Below, piece by piece: positions 12,147-24,692 of a stretch of DNA of 64,000 bases. The stretch's first letter is position 1, and the number at the start of each line of letters is the position of its first letter. A program made the position numbers and the translations under genes. The stretch covers positions 48,484,001-48,548,000 of the forward strand of contig JBNRSN020000026.1 in NCBI GenBank assembly GCA_051313645.2, in the 5' to 3' direction. Below the pieces are notes generated by a model. The model did no database searches. It had not been told where the DNA came from and saw nothing but the letters and a program-made list of their open reading frames with translations. The stretch is from Centroscyllium fabricii. Taxonomy: Eukaryota.

Positions 12147-12977
12147 GGGCCAGAAATTCGGGTGGCCCGCAGCAGTTGCACCCGCACGGAGGGGGGCCAA
12201 TATGCCCCGTGCGATGAACGCACGGGGCATGCCCACGGATCGGAGCTTTCCGATGCTGAGGGAGAAGGGCCCTCAGCATCAAACGCAGGAGTGAGTTGCA
12301 CCCAAAAATCTCGATGGAAAAGGGTGATAATTGGTGTGTAATTCTGTGGGCAACTTACCCTTGAGCTGCACGGGAGAAAAGCAGTAGTAACTCATGTGTG
12401 AGGGAGAGCAGTGCGTTCCTAAGCAAGGTAAGTTACTTTTTTACCTTTAATTTTAAGTTTTAACAGTTTTTTGGAGTAATGTCGCCAGATCGGTATCATT
12501 AAATTTGGATGTTAGAGTTTTTTTTAAAAAATTACAAATCCGATTTTCAATTGCTATACCTATTCCAAATCGCTAACTTTTAAATTTAAAGTTCTGAAAT
12601 TTTTAACTATTTAGTTAAGTTAAAAAACTAAGAGAAGAAATGGCTGAGACTTACCTCTGGTGAAAAGCTGCTCTGGCCGCGCTGCTCACTGCCGAGTCTG
12701 TGGGTGCAGCGCCTCACGTCCCTGCTCTCTATGAGGTCCGACTGTGAAGCAGGGGGCGTTTTTAAATTTAAATTAGGGATTTGTGGGCGGGGCATCACTG
12801 CTGCACACACACGACGGCAGCGCATATACTGCGCTCCTAGCGTGGCTGGACCGCCACGCAGCGCAGGAATGGGGCGGAGCCAACCCGAAGGTCTCAACGT
12901 GCGATTCTGGTGTGCAGCTAAAGGTGTCCGCAGGGTCCTTGCACCCACACAAACCGGCACACCCGAATTTCTGGCCC
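12147..12977. mobile_element. PIF/Harbinger-type MITE
   Basis: Perfect 18-bp TIR GGGCCAGAAATTCGGGTG and 3-bp TSD ATT. Confidence 0.9.
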
Positions 12978-12989
12978 ATTCTAAACTGA

Positions 12990-13338
12990 CAATTGAGTGC
13001 GGCACTGAGAGTGTGCTGCACTTTCAGGATTGCTGCCTTCTGGATGAAACAATAAAAGAAGTCCCCATCTGCCTGCTCTTAGAAGTAAAACATCCCAGAA
13101 CACTATCCGACAAAAGGCAGACAGTTCTCCCAGTATCCCAGCCAAATTTCTCCTTTAACCAACACCACCAACTAATTATCTGGTCATTTATTTGCAGTTT
13201 ATGGGATGTTGCTGTGTACACATTGGCTGTCTTGTAAGCCTGCCTGCACAGTAACAGTGACTGCACTTTCAACAAGTAGTCCATTAATTGCAAAGCACTT
13301 TAGAATGAAAGGTGCTATATAAATGCATGTTCTTCTTT
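12990..13338 (+). mobile_element. Old Deu-domain SINE fragment
   Basis: ATTATCTGGTCATTT core and GCTATATAAATGCA tail as in 7741-8211. Confidence 0.65.
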
Positions 13339-13589
13339 AAATATCTTGGGCGAACCATTCGGTTGTGTAGCGCCTGTTGTTTGGGCACTACTGGTGCCAG
13401 TTGTCAAAATGGCATCTGAGCAGCGTACACACACTCCTGGTGCGGGTTGCGCCTGATGCCATTTTGGTCAGGGCGTTAGCATCGGCGCTGGGAGCGTGTG
13501 CCAGAAGTATGCAGAGTACGCAGATCGTGACACCAATCTGCGTGTAACACTGATTTGATGCCAGGGCTGCCATTTTCGACCTCAACACC

Positions 13590-14903
13590 GGTGATAAACC
13601 CCGGTAGTGAAATCAGGACTCGAAGAGGCGATATAACAGTAACAAAATGTGTGCTTTATTCTCTGATTGTGTAGCCGACATACAGGCATGGAAGACCCCG
13701 AGTTCCCGCCCTTTGCTGATCTTTCACCCTCGACCAGTAGCCACACTAGCTACAGCACCACCTGGTGGATAACCTTAATCATAACAACCCAGATTACTAT
13801 ATTCCTCCTCCCTTAAGATTTCAGTATGACTTTCTTAACAACAAACATTCCTAAAGGTCACATAAGAGTCTCCATTCACTATGTTCAATACTTGATGAAT
13901 CTAACAGGTTTGTACAAGTCTCTCTGGTGGCTTGCGAGCCCTCTGTGAACATCTAACATTAAAGTCCCTACTTGGTTGTTGTGAAGCCACCAGCTGCTCC
14001 TGAGTAGTGCTCAGAGTATCTGACTCTGCAACGATGGTTTCTTCTTGCCAAATGGGTTCCTGTGGGATTGTCTCTGTCCATGGTGGTGGCAGCCCAGATG
14101 CACTTGGACAACTGGGGGCAATCCTGTCCTCAGCCATTGCATTTGGAACCTCGATTATAATTTCCCCTTGTCTGGTAAGTATGTGATCTACATGTCAGCG
14201 TACTACCCTACCATCTCCCACCCTGACCTTGTATGATACAGGACCTGTCATTGAGTCTATGAAGCCAGGAATCCACTTTGGTCCAGAACTGAGATTCCTG
14301 GTAAGGACCGCATCTCCTTCTCCAAAACATCAGCTCTTTGTTCTTTTGTCATGGTTCTCTTTTTGTTTGTTTTGTCTGTTTTCAAAAGTCCCATCCGACT
14401 TCTCTTCTTTCTTCCCGGGTCCTTTTTACCTCGTCACGGTGGCACAGTGGTTAGCACTGTTGCCTCACAGCACTGGAGACCCGGGTTCAAATCCGGCCTC
14501 GGGTACTATCTGTGTGGAGTTTGCACATTCTCCCCGTGTCTGCGTGGGTTTCCTCCGGGTGCTCTGGTTTCCTCCCACAGTCCAAAGATGTGCGGGTTAG
14601 GTTGATTGGCCAGGATAAATTGACCCTTAGTGTCAGGGGGATTGAATATGTGGGGTTACGGGGATTAGGGTGGGATGTGTGTCGGTGCAGGCTCGATAGG
14701 GATCGAGGGATATTGGGGAGAAGGCAGGGGCGGGGTACTGGGTTTGGATGATCAGCCATGATCTCATTGAATGGCGGAGCAGGCTCGAAGGGCAGAATGG
14801 CCTACTCCTGCTCCTATCTTCTATGTCTATGTCTATGTCACCAAAAGTGATAAACCCCGGTAGCGAAATCAGAACCTTAATCATAACAATCCAGATTACT
14901 ATA
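13590..14903 (-). mobile_element. Internally deleted Gypsy LTR element (integrase C-terminal remnant)
   Basis: LTR 13590-13801 and deleted LTR ~14846-14903, TSD ACACC, PPT (minus AAGGGAGGAGGAA), PBS TGGTGACGAGG split by a SINE, and PKWIPG / RKPPERL peptides. Confidence 0.75.
14434..14838 (+). mobile_element. HE1/V-type SINE inserted in the PBS of the Gypsy element
   Basis: Near-identical to 11589-11993; GTCAC repeated at the junctions. Confidence 0.9.
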
Positions 14904-16858
14904 ACACCGGAGCTAACACCCTCTCTTAACCTTGCACAAGAAGGAACCCCACCAGCGCTATTTAAAGAGATCATCACCTACTCACAGGTTAGTTGCTGAT
15001 TGATTTCTATTAGCTGTTGCTGAGTTTGCCGAAGGTTTTGGTGCTTTCTAGACTTCTTTAAAGTTGCCTAAAACCTACAAGGCGTGATGTGGCACGTCCT
15101 CAAGGACTTGGCACTGACTTGCAAGGTTTCGGCTCAGGCCAGTTGCTCCCAGGCATGGGTGCAGTAGTTTGCAGCCCCCTTGGCCTGCAGTATGACAGGG
15201 AATACGAGCAGGACATGCTGCTCGAAGAGGCAGGAGAAGGTGGAGAAGAAGGGCTCTGAGCAGGAGGCCATGTCCACCCAGGGTCTTCAGCGAGCAATAC
15301 TCCTACCTCAACCTCAGCGAGGAACAGTGTGCATGACGTCTCAGTTTTACTAAGGAGGTGCTCAATGAAATCTGCCACTCGCGAGGATGGAGGCGGGGCA
15401 TTGACATAACAAGCAGCAGTCCCGCCTCCAACTCACCTCCATTCACATAATCCAGCCCATGGTGTCCTCCTCACAACTTGCTTTCCCACCAATCTTTGCA
15501 ACGCCAGCAAATTTGGCTACAGTACACTCAGTCCCTTCATCCAAGTCATTAATATAGATTGTAAATAGTTGAAGCCCCAGCTCTGATCCTTCTGGCACCC
15601 CACTAGTTACAGTTTGCCAACCTGAAAATGACCTTTATATCAAGAGGGTTTGAGTATAGGAATAGGGATGTCTTGCTGCAGCTGTACAGGGCCTTGGTGA
15701 GGCCACACCTTGAGTATTGTGTGCAGTTTTGGTCGCCTCATCTGAGGAAGGATGTTCTTGCCATGGAGGGAGTACAGCGACGATTCACCAGGCTGATACC
15801 TGGGATGGCAGGAATGACTTATGAGGAGAGATTGTGTAGTCTGGGCTTATACTCGCTGGAGTTTAGAAGATTAAGAGGGGATCTCATCGAGACTTATAAA
15901 ATTCTGTCAGGCCTGGACAGGTTAGATGCAGAAAGGATGTTTCCGATGGCGGGGGAGTCGAGAACCAGGGGGCATAGTCTAAGGATAAGGGGTAAGCCTT
16001 TTAGGACTGAGATGAGGAGGAAATTCTTCACACAGAGAATGGTGAACCTGTGGAATTCTTTGCCACAGAGGGCGGTGGAGGCCGGTTCATTGAATATATT
16101 CAAGAGGGAACTGGATATATTTCTTCAGGCTAAAGGGATTAAGGGATATGGGGAAAAGGCGGGGACGGGGTACTGAACGTGTAAGATCAGCCATGATCTC
16201 ATTAAATGGCGGAGCAGGCTCGAAGGGCCGAATTGTAACGGTTGATGGTAGGGCCCAAATGCAAAACACCGGAAACCAGCGTAGAAGTAAAATTCCTTTA
16301 TTTTCGAGTCGTCAGAAGATATAGAAACATAAAGTCAATAACTGCAGTAAGTTCACGGAGACAAACAAGTCCAAACCAGAGTTCAGGTAATATAGAGTAA
16401 CAAGTCCAAACCAGAGTTCAGGTAGGAGAGAGCAATAAGTCCAAATACAGAAACAGTAATTCTCCAGGTGGTCCGCTTCACCGAAGGGACAAACTCCAAC
16501 ACAGAGTTCCAGCAGAGTAGAATCCAATTCTTCTGTAAGCAGGTCAGTAACACAATTCGACTGGATCAGAGAGCTAGGAACAGAACACATGTATCACAGT
16601 AACAGAATTAACGATCTGGCAAACTCCTGGTGCAAGGTGGAAGCTTATAAACAGCTCAAGATCTTATTGGTTAATTAGGGCTGTCCAATCAGGTGTATGC
16701 AGTAGTAAAAGAGGTACTGGCCAATTTAAAGGAGAAGAGACCACCTAGGATTTAAAGGGGAATCCAACCTATGACAGAACCCCCCCTCAAGGGGCGACTC
16801 CTGACGTCCCAAACCCCAAATGCCGGAATCGGGTGGGTGGAGGGGTGCGGAGGAGGAA

Positions 16859-19800
16859 CTAACAGTCCTCGGGGCCCTCCTCCATGTCTATCTCATCACA
16901 AGACTGAAGGGAATCTTCCTCATTAGCAGAATCTACCTCCTCGTTCAGGGTTTCCAGAGACTGCACGGAACCGGACCCTTGTCCAGACTCCCCAGGGGTC
17001 GCAGTCCTCTTACTTGGCTGGTCGGGATGCCTCCTGTGAAAATCGACAATGAGTTGAGGATCCACTATGTGGCGAGCAGGAACCCAGGACCTCTCTTCTG
17101 GACCATACCCCTCCCAGTCCACCAGGTACTGAAGTCCTCTCCCTCGACGACGGGAGCGAAGTAGGCGACGAACAGTGTAGACCAACCCACCGTCGAGCAT
17201 ATGAGGAGGTGGAGGGGGCGCGGCAACAGGCACCAAAGCACTCTCACGTGCTGGCTTGATTCGTGAGACATGAAATGTGGGATGAACTCGCATGGATTGA
17301 GGGAGCTTGAGTCTCACCGCAGCTGGGTTGATGATCTTCTGGACCTCGAAGGGTCCAATAAAACGGGGAGCAAGCTTCTTCGACTCCACTTGGAGAGGCA
17401 GGTCCTTAGTGGAGAGCCACACCTTCTGCCCAGCCTGATATTTAGGAGCCTCCGAACGACGACGGTTGGCAGCAGCCGAGTATCGATCCGCCGAGCGAAG
17501 CAACAAAGTCCGAGCCTGGTCCCATGTTCAGCGACAATGCTGAATAAATGCCTGGACGGACGGACAGGAAACTTCCCTTTCCAGGTCCGGAAACAATGGA
17601 GGCTGGAATCCATAGGAGCACTGGAACGGGGAGAGTCCGGTGGCGGAACTGGTCAGAGTGTTGTGAGCGTATTCTACCCACAGGAGTAACTGGGACCAGG
17701 AAGAAGGATTCTGGGAGACCATGCATCGGAGCGCCTTCTCCATCTCTTGATTCATCCGTTCTGACTGCCTGTTGGTCTGTGGATGAAAACCCGACGACAG
17801 ACTGACTGTGGCCCCGATCAGACTGCAGAACTCCCTCCAGAATACAGATGTAAACTGAGGACCCCGATCGGAAACTACGTCTAAAGGAAGCCCATGAAGC
17901 CGGAAAACATGTTGTAGCATGAGTTCAGCTGTCTCCTTCGCCGAGGGCAGTTTAGGCAGAGGTATGAAGTGGGCCATCTTGCTGAATCGGTCCACCACAG
18001 TCAGGATCGTGGTTAGTCCCTTGGATGGAGGCAGACCGGTAACAAAATCCAAGGATATGTGGGACCAAGGACGATGTGGTATCGGCAGAGGTTGCAGAAG
18101 ACCAGCAGGGGCCCGACGAGACGGCTTGTGTTGGTTACATACCGAGCAGGCGTTGACAAATTCCCGGGTATCCTCCTCCAGTGTATCCCACCAGAACCTC
18201 CGCAATATAACTTCCTTGGTCCTTTGAGCCCCCGGATGGCAAGAAAGCTTGGAAGCATGGGCCCACAGGAGAACATCAGGTCGAAGGTCCGTGGGAACGA
18301 ATAGACGGTCGGGAGGACAACCGCTGGGTCCAGCCTGATCCTCCACGGCTGATCTCACTCTCTCCTCGATCTCCCACGTAACCGCAGCAATAAGACAAGG
18401 AGCTGGAAGGATGAGGTCAGATCCAGGAGCGGGGCCCTCCTCCTTCTGGAACTGGCGGGACAGAGCATCAGGCTTGACGTTGCGGGAACCAGGCCTGTAG
18501 GAGAGGGTGAAGTTGAAACGTGTAAAAAAGAGAGACCACCTAGCCTGCCGTGAATTCAACCTCTTGGCCGTGCGAATATATTCCTGGTTTTTGTGATCAG
18601 TCCATACTAGGAACGGCAGCTTGGTCCCCTCTAGCCAATGGCGCCACTCCTCCAATGCCATTTTGACCGCCAGTAACTCCCGGTTCCCGATGTCATAGTT
18701 CATCTCAGCCGGGGACAGGCGCTTGGAAAAATAGGCACAGGGATGTAGCTTTTGGTCTGAAGCCGAATGTTGAGACAGAATAGCTCCTACTCCAACATCT
18801 GATGCGTCCACCTCTACCACGAACTGCTGATCCAGATCAGGCACCTGGAGAACGGGAGCAGAAGTGAACCGGGACCTGAGATCTCGAAAAGCCTTCTCCG
18901 CTGCAGGAGACCACAGGAACGGCACCCTTGAGGAGGTAAGAGCCTATAACGGAGCCGCTACCGTACTGTAGCTACGAATGAACCGTCGATAAAAATTGGC
19001 GAATCCCAGAAACCGCTGTAGTTGTTTGCGTGTCTCAGGAATAGGCCATGACGCAACAGCTGACATCTTCTCTGGATCCATCTGCACGCTCCCCTGCGCA
19101 ATGATGTACCCCAGGAAAGAGACGGTAGTGACATGAAATTCACATTTCTCTGCCTTCACGAACAATGAGTTCTCCAGGAGCCGTTGTAGGACCGTCTGGA
19201 CGTGGTGAACATGCTCCTCCTGAGATTTGGAAAAGATTAGAATGTCGTCCATGTACACAAACACAAACCTATTCAGCATGTCACGTAAAACATCATTAAC
19301 CAAGGCTTGGAATACCGCCGGGGCGTTGGTTAACCTGAACGGCATAACGAGGTACTCATAATGTCCAGAGGGGGTGTTGAAAGCAGTCTTCCATTCATCG
19401 CCCTCTCGTATCCGGACCAGATGATAAGCGTTACGAAGATCCAGCTTTGTAAAGATGGTCGCCCCCTGTAGCAACTCAAAAGCCGAAGAGATGAGAGGAA
19501 GAGGATACCGGTTCTTCACCGTAATGTCATTAAGGCCCCTGTAGTCGATGCATGGTCGCAGCGACCCGTCCTTCTTGCCCACAAAAAAGAATCCAGCCCC
19601 AGCTGGTGATGAAGAGGAACGTATGATCCCCGTCGCCATAGAGTCACCGATGTATGTTTCCATGGCCTCCCTCTCAGGTGCAGACAAAGAATACAGACGT
19701 CCCTTGGGTGGGGAAGAACCTGGCAGCAAATCAATGACGCAGTCATAGGGGCGATGTGGAGGCAGCGACGTGGCTCTAGCCTTGCTGAACACCTCCCTAA

Positions 19801-20341
19801 AATCATGGTATTCGGTGGGGACCACTGAAAGATCTGAAGCGGGAAGAGGTGTTACTGGCTGTCGGAAGACGGTAGCCTGTTTCAGACAGACCTGGTGACA
19901 GGAGGAACTCCACCCCAAAATAGCTCCCGTGTTCCAGTCAATGTGAGGGTTGTGGCGGCGAAGCCAAGTGTGTCCCAGAATTAAAGGAGGCCGAGGTGAT
20001 TTCAAGATATGAAATTGAATGCTTTCATGATGATTCCCAGACAGAAGCATATGAACCGGTGAGGTCTGATGTGTCACCGTTCCCAGGAGGTGGCCGTCTA
20101 GGGCGTTGGCAGGAACCAGCTGTGGCAGTGGCACCCGGTCAATTTCCAGCTGTGTGACCAGATCTTCATCGATAATGTTGACGTCCGCTCCAGAGTCAAT
20201 AAAGGTGACGAGAGTCTGGGATCCACTGGGGAGAAGAAGTCTGGCCTGGCACAAGGGTCGTGGATTGGGAGAGAGTCTTGTAGGAGTTCGACTCACCAGT
20301 ACGACTCCATCTACTGGTGAGTCCGGTCTTTTGCTGGGCAT
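16859..20341 (-). pseudogene. pol: Pol (protease, RT, RNase H, integrase, chromodomain) with two in-frame nonsense codons
   Basis: [38 protein letters not shown] and [16 protein letters not shown]. Three same-frame ORFs are separated by TAG (18944-18946) and TGA (17528-17530). Confidence 0.92.
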
Positions 20342-21258
20342 TGGGAAACAAAATGGCCGGCCTGACCGCAGTACAAACAGAGATTCCCCTTGCGGCGTCG
20401 TTTATGCTCCACCAATGAGATACAGGTGCGACCCAACTGCATTGGTTCGGGGCCCACTGGCTCTGACCCTGCTGTCGCAGTATTCCTGGGCGCCACGAAT
20501 ATCTCTTGAGTCCGTTTCGGAGGATGTCGACCAGTCGTTCCCAGTAGTCTCTCACGTCGACGCGCCTGGATATGGAGATCGATCCTGGTGGCAAGACTAA
20601 TTAGTTCATCCAGGGTGGAAGGGAGATCATAGGAGACCAGTTCATCCTTGATGCAGCCTGCAAGCCCATGAAGAAAAATGTCACATAATGCAGCCGAATT
20701 CCAATTACTCAGATGAGCTCTGATTCGGAAGTCTATTGAGTAATCAGCAACTGTCTGATTGCCCTGGCTCAGATTCATGAGTCCCCGAGCTGCTTCAGAG
20801 CCGAAGGTTACCATGCCGAACACCTTTCTTAATTCGGTGGCGAATCCCTTGAAAGAAGAGCAAGCCTGAGTCTCTCTCCCCCACTTGGCGGTTCCCCAAA
20901 GACGAGCTCTTCCTGTGAGGTGGTTAATCACAAAGGCTACCTTTGCCGTCTCATTGGCAAAGGTGCGGGGCTGCAATGAAAACAGAATGGAACAGTTAGT
21001 GAGGAAGGGATTACATTGCTCAGGTTCACCGACTCGGGGTTCGGGTGTGAGACCTTGTAGGTGAGGCATGGGTGCCGACACCGATGCTGGAGCCGGGGCT
21101 GGTGGTGGTGAGATCCCTGCCGGATCCGACGCTACCCGCAGGTTCCAGGCGACGGTTAGCTGCTCCAATTGAGTGAATATATTCCCCAAGGCCTGCCCCT
21201 GGTGTAATTGGGCGCCCTCGACCTGTGCCAGATGCTTTGGTGTGTCTGCTGGGTCCAT
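20311..21258 (-). CDS. gag: Gag (sushi/PEG10-like capsid with CCHC zinc knuckle)
   Basis: Starts MDPADT just after the PBS; EPMQLG and [14 protein letters not shown]; overlaps pol in a different frame, consistent with a frameshift. Confidence 0.88.
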   Translation of the reverse strand: MDPADTPKHLAQVEGAQLHQGQALGNIFTQLEQLTVAWNLRVASDPAGISPPPAPAPASVSAPMPHLQGLTPEPRVGEPEQCNPFLTNCSILFSLQPRTFANETAKVAFVINHLTGRARLWGTAKWGRETQACSSFKGFATELRKVFGMVTFGSEAARGLMNLSQGNQTVADYSIDFRIRAHLSNWNSAALCDIFLHGLAGCIKDELVSYDLPSTLDELISLATRIDLHIQARRRERLLGTTGRHPPKRTQEIFVAPRNTATAGSEPVGPEPMQLGRTCISLVEHKRRRKGNLCLYCGQAGHFVSQCPAKDRTHQ

Positions 21259-21874
21259 TCTTGGCCAGATCGTTCTGTAACGGTTGATGGTAAGGCCCAA
21301 ATGCAAAACACCGGAAACCAGCGTAGAAGTAAAATTCCTTTATTTTCGAGTCGTCAGAAGATATAGAAACATAAAGTCAATAACTGCAGTAAGTTCACGG
21401 AGACAAACAAGTCCAAACCAGAGTTCAGGTAATATAGAGTAACAAGTCCAAACCAGAGTTCAGGTAGGAGAGAGCAATAAGTCCAAATACAGAAACAGTA
21501 ATTCTCCAGGTAGTCCGCTTCACCGAAGGGACAAACTCCAACACAGAGTTCCAGCAGAGTAGAATCCAATTCTTCTGTAAGCAGGTCAGTAACACAATTC
21601 GACTGGATCAGAGAGCTAGGAACAGAACACATGTATCACAGTAACAGAATTAACGATCTGGCAAACTCCTGGTGCAAGGTGGAAGCTTATAAACAGCTCA
21701 AGATCTTATTGGTTAATTAGGGCTGTCCAATCAGGTGTATGCAGTAGTAAACGAGGTACTGGCCAATTTAAAGGAGAAGAGACCACCTAGGATTTAAAGG
21801 GGAATCCAACCTATGACACGAATGGCCTACTCCTGCTCCTATCTTCTATGTTTCTATGTTTCTATGTTTATTCT

Positions 21875-22140
21875 GACTCTGTTTTCTGTTAGTTAGCCAA
21901 TCCTCTATCCAAGCTAATATATTGCCCCCAACACCATGACCTCGTATCTTGTGCAGCAACTTTTTATGTGGCACCTTATCAAATGCCTTTTGGAAATCCA
22001 AATACACTACATCTACTGGTTCCCCTTTATCCACCTTGTTCGTTACATCCTCAACGAACCCTATAAATTTGACAAACACAATTTCCCTTTCATAAAACCA
22101 TATTGATTCCGCTTGATTGTATTATGATTTTCTAAATGTC
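21875..22140 (-). mobile_element. CR1 RT fragment
   Basis: VDVVYLDFQKAFDKVPH peptide. Confidence 0.8.
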
Positions 22141-22482
22141 CTAACGGGTTCCATCTGCTACCCACGTTCCTGCATAATATCTCCTCCTTGTTGCAGAGCA
22201 AATTTTAATGTCCCACAACTCCAACTTTTTGATTAGCACATTGTCCTCAATATAAACTGGCAGGTTTAAGAATGAGACCACCACCTCTTCACACAGACTC
22301 CAGACTGCAACATTTGACCCTTTGTGACTGCACCCTTTGATCTCAGGCTGACTGATATGTTAGAACACCTTTGATTGCTTTGATGTCTGTCTGCTGAGGT
22401 GTGATGTTGAACAGTTGGAGAGGCCACATTGTTCTCTCCCTCTATATATATGCTGTGTTTAAATGAATCTCTTTACATGCCC

Positions 22483-22515
22483 CTGATGAAGGAGCTGTGC
22501 TCCGAAAGCTTGTGA
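22483..22515 (+). ncRNA. Minimal hammerhead ribozyme core in a Penelope pseudo-LTR remnant (~22300-22562)
   Basis: CTGATGA - A - GGAGC(TGT)GCTCC - GAAA - palindromic AAGCTT, followed by AATAAA. Confidence 0.65.
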
Positions 22516-22832
22516 TTTCAAATAAAACTGTTGGACTATAACTTGGTGTTGTGTGACTTCTTATAACTATTTCAGCAGCTTTGTAGAAAGAAATGGCAGT
22601 GTAGAGGCTTCAGAAAGGGAAGCAAAGACAGTAAATGAATGTGCCAAAGTATTGTAGGAAATCAGAACTATCCTGGGACCACAGTATAAACCTTTAATTT
22701 TAATAATTTTTACTGATAATACAGAAATACTATGGAGAATTCAAACCTTGATAAAATTAATTCCGGATGAGTAAAACGATTTTCTATTTCCCACAACTAA
22801 TAATGCTGTGTGATGGCACAACTAACCTATTA

Positions 22833-24055
22833 TCAAGATTCAAGATTCAAGATCATTTTATTGCCATATGTAACTGGTACAATGGAATGCTTACTCCCCA
22901 CTCATTCCCACAATATCAGTATAAATATAAAAAGCAAAGGTAAAAACAAATATAAATATAGAAATAGTAAGCAACTAAACAAATATGCAAATGAGTGCGG
23001 TTAGCAGTTCAGCAGGCCCACTGCCTGTGGGTAGAAACTGTTCTTGAACCTGCTGGTCCTGGTCCAGATGTTGCAGTACTGATGGCTGGACCGCAGGAGG
23101 GAGAACAGATCGTGCCCAGGGTGACTGCGGTCCTGAATGATGGTGCGGGCCTTGTTCCGACACCTGGTCTGGAAGATCTCCTCGATAGACGGAATAGTGC
23201 ACACCCGGTGATCTTTTCTGCCGTCCTCACGACCCTCTTCTGGATGGCTTTCCTGTCCTGTGCAGTGGTGTTACCATACCACACAGTGACACCACCCGTC
23301 AGGACGCTCTCCATGATGCCGCGGTAAAGGTTCACAAGCCACTGTGTGCTTATGCCACATTTCCTCAGGCACCGTAGAGGGCGTCGTATTATTCAAACTT
23401 GCGCGTGGGCAAAAATATCAAGAGTGTATATCTTTTGTCTTTTATTCCAGCAACCAGAACACACATTGTGACCGAACTAACGACCTCGTGGACGAGTAGT
23501 TAGAAAGAGAAACAATGCGGCTTTTATTAACTAAATGGTGGGACATGCACCAGCTAGTCGACTGTCCCCAGGTGTGGCCGGGGGATGGGATACGGCCACT
23601 TATATACCCCCTCCTGGGAGGGAGGAGTCGCGGGCGGAGCCAGCCTGGGCATGTCCCGGTAATCGTATAACAGGTTATGTACAACATGGCATTAGGTACG
23701 ATTACATAGATACAAACGGGGTGAGTATATACAATAAGAAACAGTGGGAAACAGTGGTTTATCACACACATGTTACACAGTACTTTTTGTTTCAGTTTCC
23801 CTTCTAGTTCTCTGTGACCCGGAACCTCAAGTAATGAACTTTGACCCTCCCATAATGCCCCTTGCCATTATGCTATCAGATTACACCACAGAGGGTAGAG
23901 GCGCTGGTGTGCCTTCTTCAGCATGGCCTCAGTGTTGTGATTCCAGGCCCGCTCATCGGAGATCTGCAGACCCAGGAATCAGAAGCAACTGACGACTTCC
24001 ACCGGTATCGTGTCTATACTGATAGGGTGGTAGTTCCCTCGATGGCTTCTGAAGT
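22833..24055 (-). mobile_element. Rex1/Babar LINE 3' fragment split by a solo LTR
   Basis: ESVLTGGVTVWYGN, SHPGH.LF and TRTSRFKNSFYPQAV peptides; tail ATGGCAATAAA(ATCTTGA)n. Confidence 0.8.
23381..23779 (-). mobile_element. Solo LTR (Gypsy-like)
   Basis: The minus strand begins TGTGTAAC and contains GGGGTATATAAG and TTAATAAAAG; it interrupts the Rex1 fragment. TSD unclear. Confidence 0.6.
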
Positions 24056-24120
24056 TTAACCCTATGAAGCATTTACTCTTTCAGTGGTAATACTCAATAG
24101 GGCAGAGAGTACAGAATATT

Positions 24121-24692
24121 GGGCTAGAAATTGGTGTACGTTGGGGCCATTTTACGCCCCAAGGCATGCCAGTTTAGCAGAAGTATGGCTTGTGCCCAAT
24201 TTGCACAGGTGTTCGACCCGTTGTTAAATTAGTCAGGCTCATTCCCAGGCAGCTGCATAACACAGGTGTCAGGCCCCTTGCCCGTGTAAATGAGAGTCTT
24301 AAATCCTGTTGAAAGACCCTTTGCTCAAATTAGTTTACGATGATTGGAACAGGCATCGTGCCAACAAAAGGTAAGTTTATTTCGGTTCTTTTTTTGATTA
24401 AAAACGTTCCTGTAGACCTGGGAGCAGCGGAAGTGCTCCCCCAATTCCACAGTCGTCGTGATCGGCCTCATCACACCCCTCCCCGCCCCGGAGCACGCTT
24501 TAACCCTCCCTCCCTAGGTTACTGATTTTCCCGTCGGTGTGAGCTGCCTGCGGAGATGTGATGAGCACCGATTGTGTAGACGAGGCCCGAGGACCAATTC
24601 CTGGTGATCCTCAGGCCTTTCCATTCGCGTGTGCGATGCCTCCGCTGTACCGAGTCTGGGCCCAAAATTGGACACTGATGAAATTTGACCCC
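24121..24692. mobile_element. Degenerate Harbinger-type MITE
   Basis: GGGCTAGAAATT … AAATTTGACCCC termini. Confidence 0.5.

Larger units (their letters stand above)
13347..15380 (+). mobile_element. Harbinger 5' region with transposase N-terminal remnant, split by a Gypsy element
   Basis: 13347-13589 and 14904-15150 align with 37145-37680 and 38433-38850. 15270-15380 encodes RVFSEQYSYLNLSEEQC.RLSFTKEV. Confidence 0.7.
16234..21818 (-). mobile_element. Full-length Ty3/Gypsy chromovirus, Tf1/sushi group
   Basis: Two 543-bp LTRs (16234-16776, 21276-21818; 3 substitutions seen), TG…CA ends, 5-bp TSD CGAAT, PPT, and gag plus PR-RT-RH-IN-chromodomain. Confidence 0.97.
15628..21870 (+). mobile_element. 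CR1 LINE 3' fragment whose tail is split by the chromovirus
   Basis: ORF 15628-16176 is the CR1 C-terminus. The tail …GAAGGGCCGAAT | GGCCTACTCCTGCTCC resumes at 21819. Confidence 0.9.
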
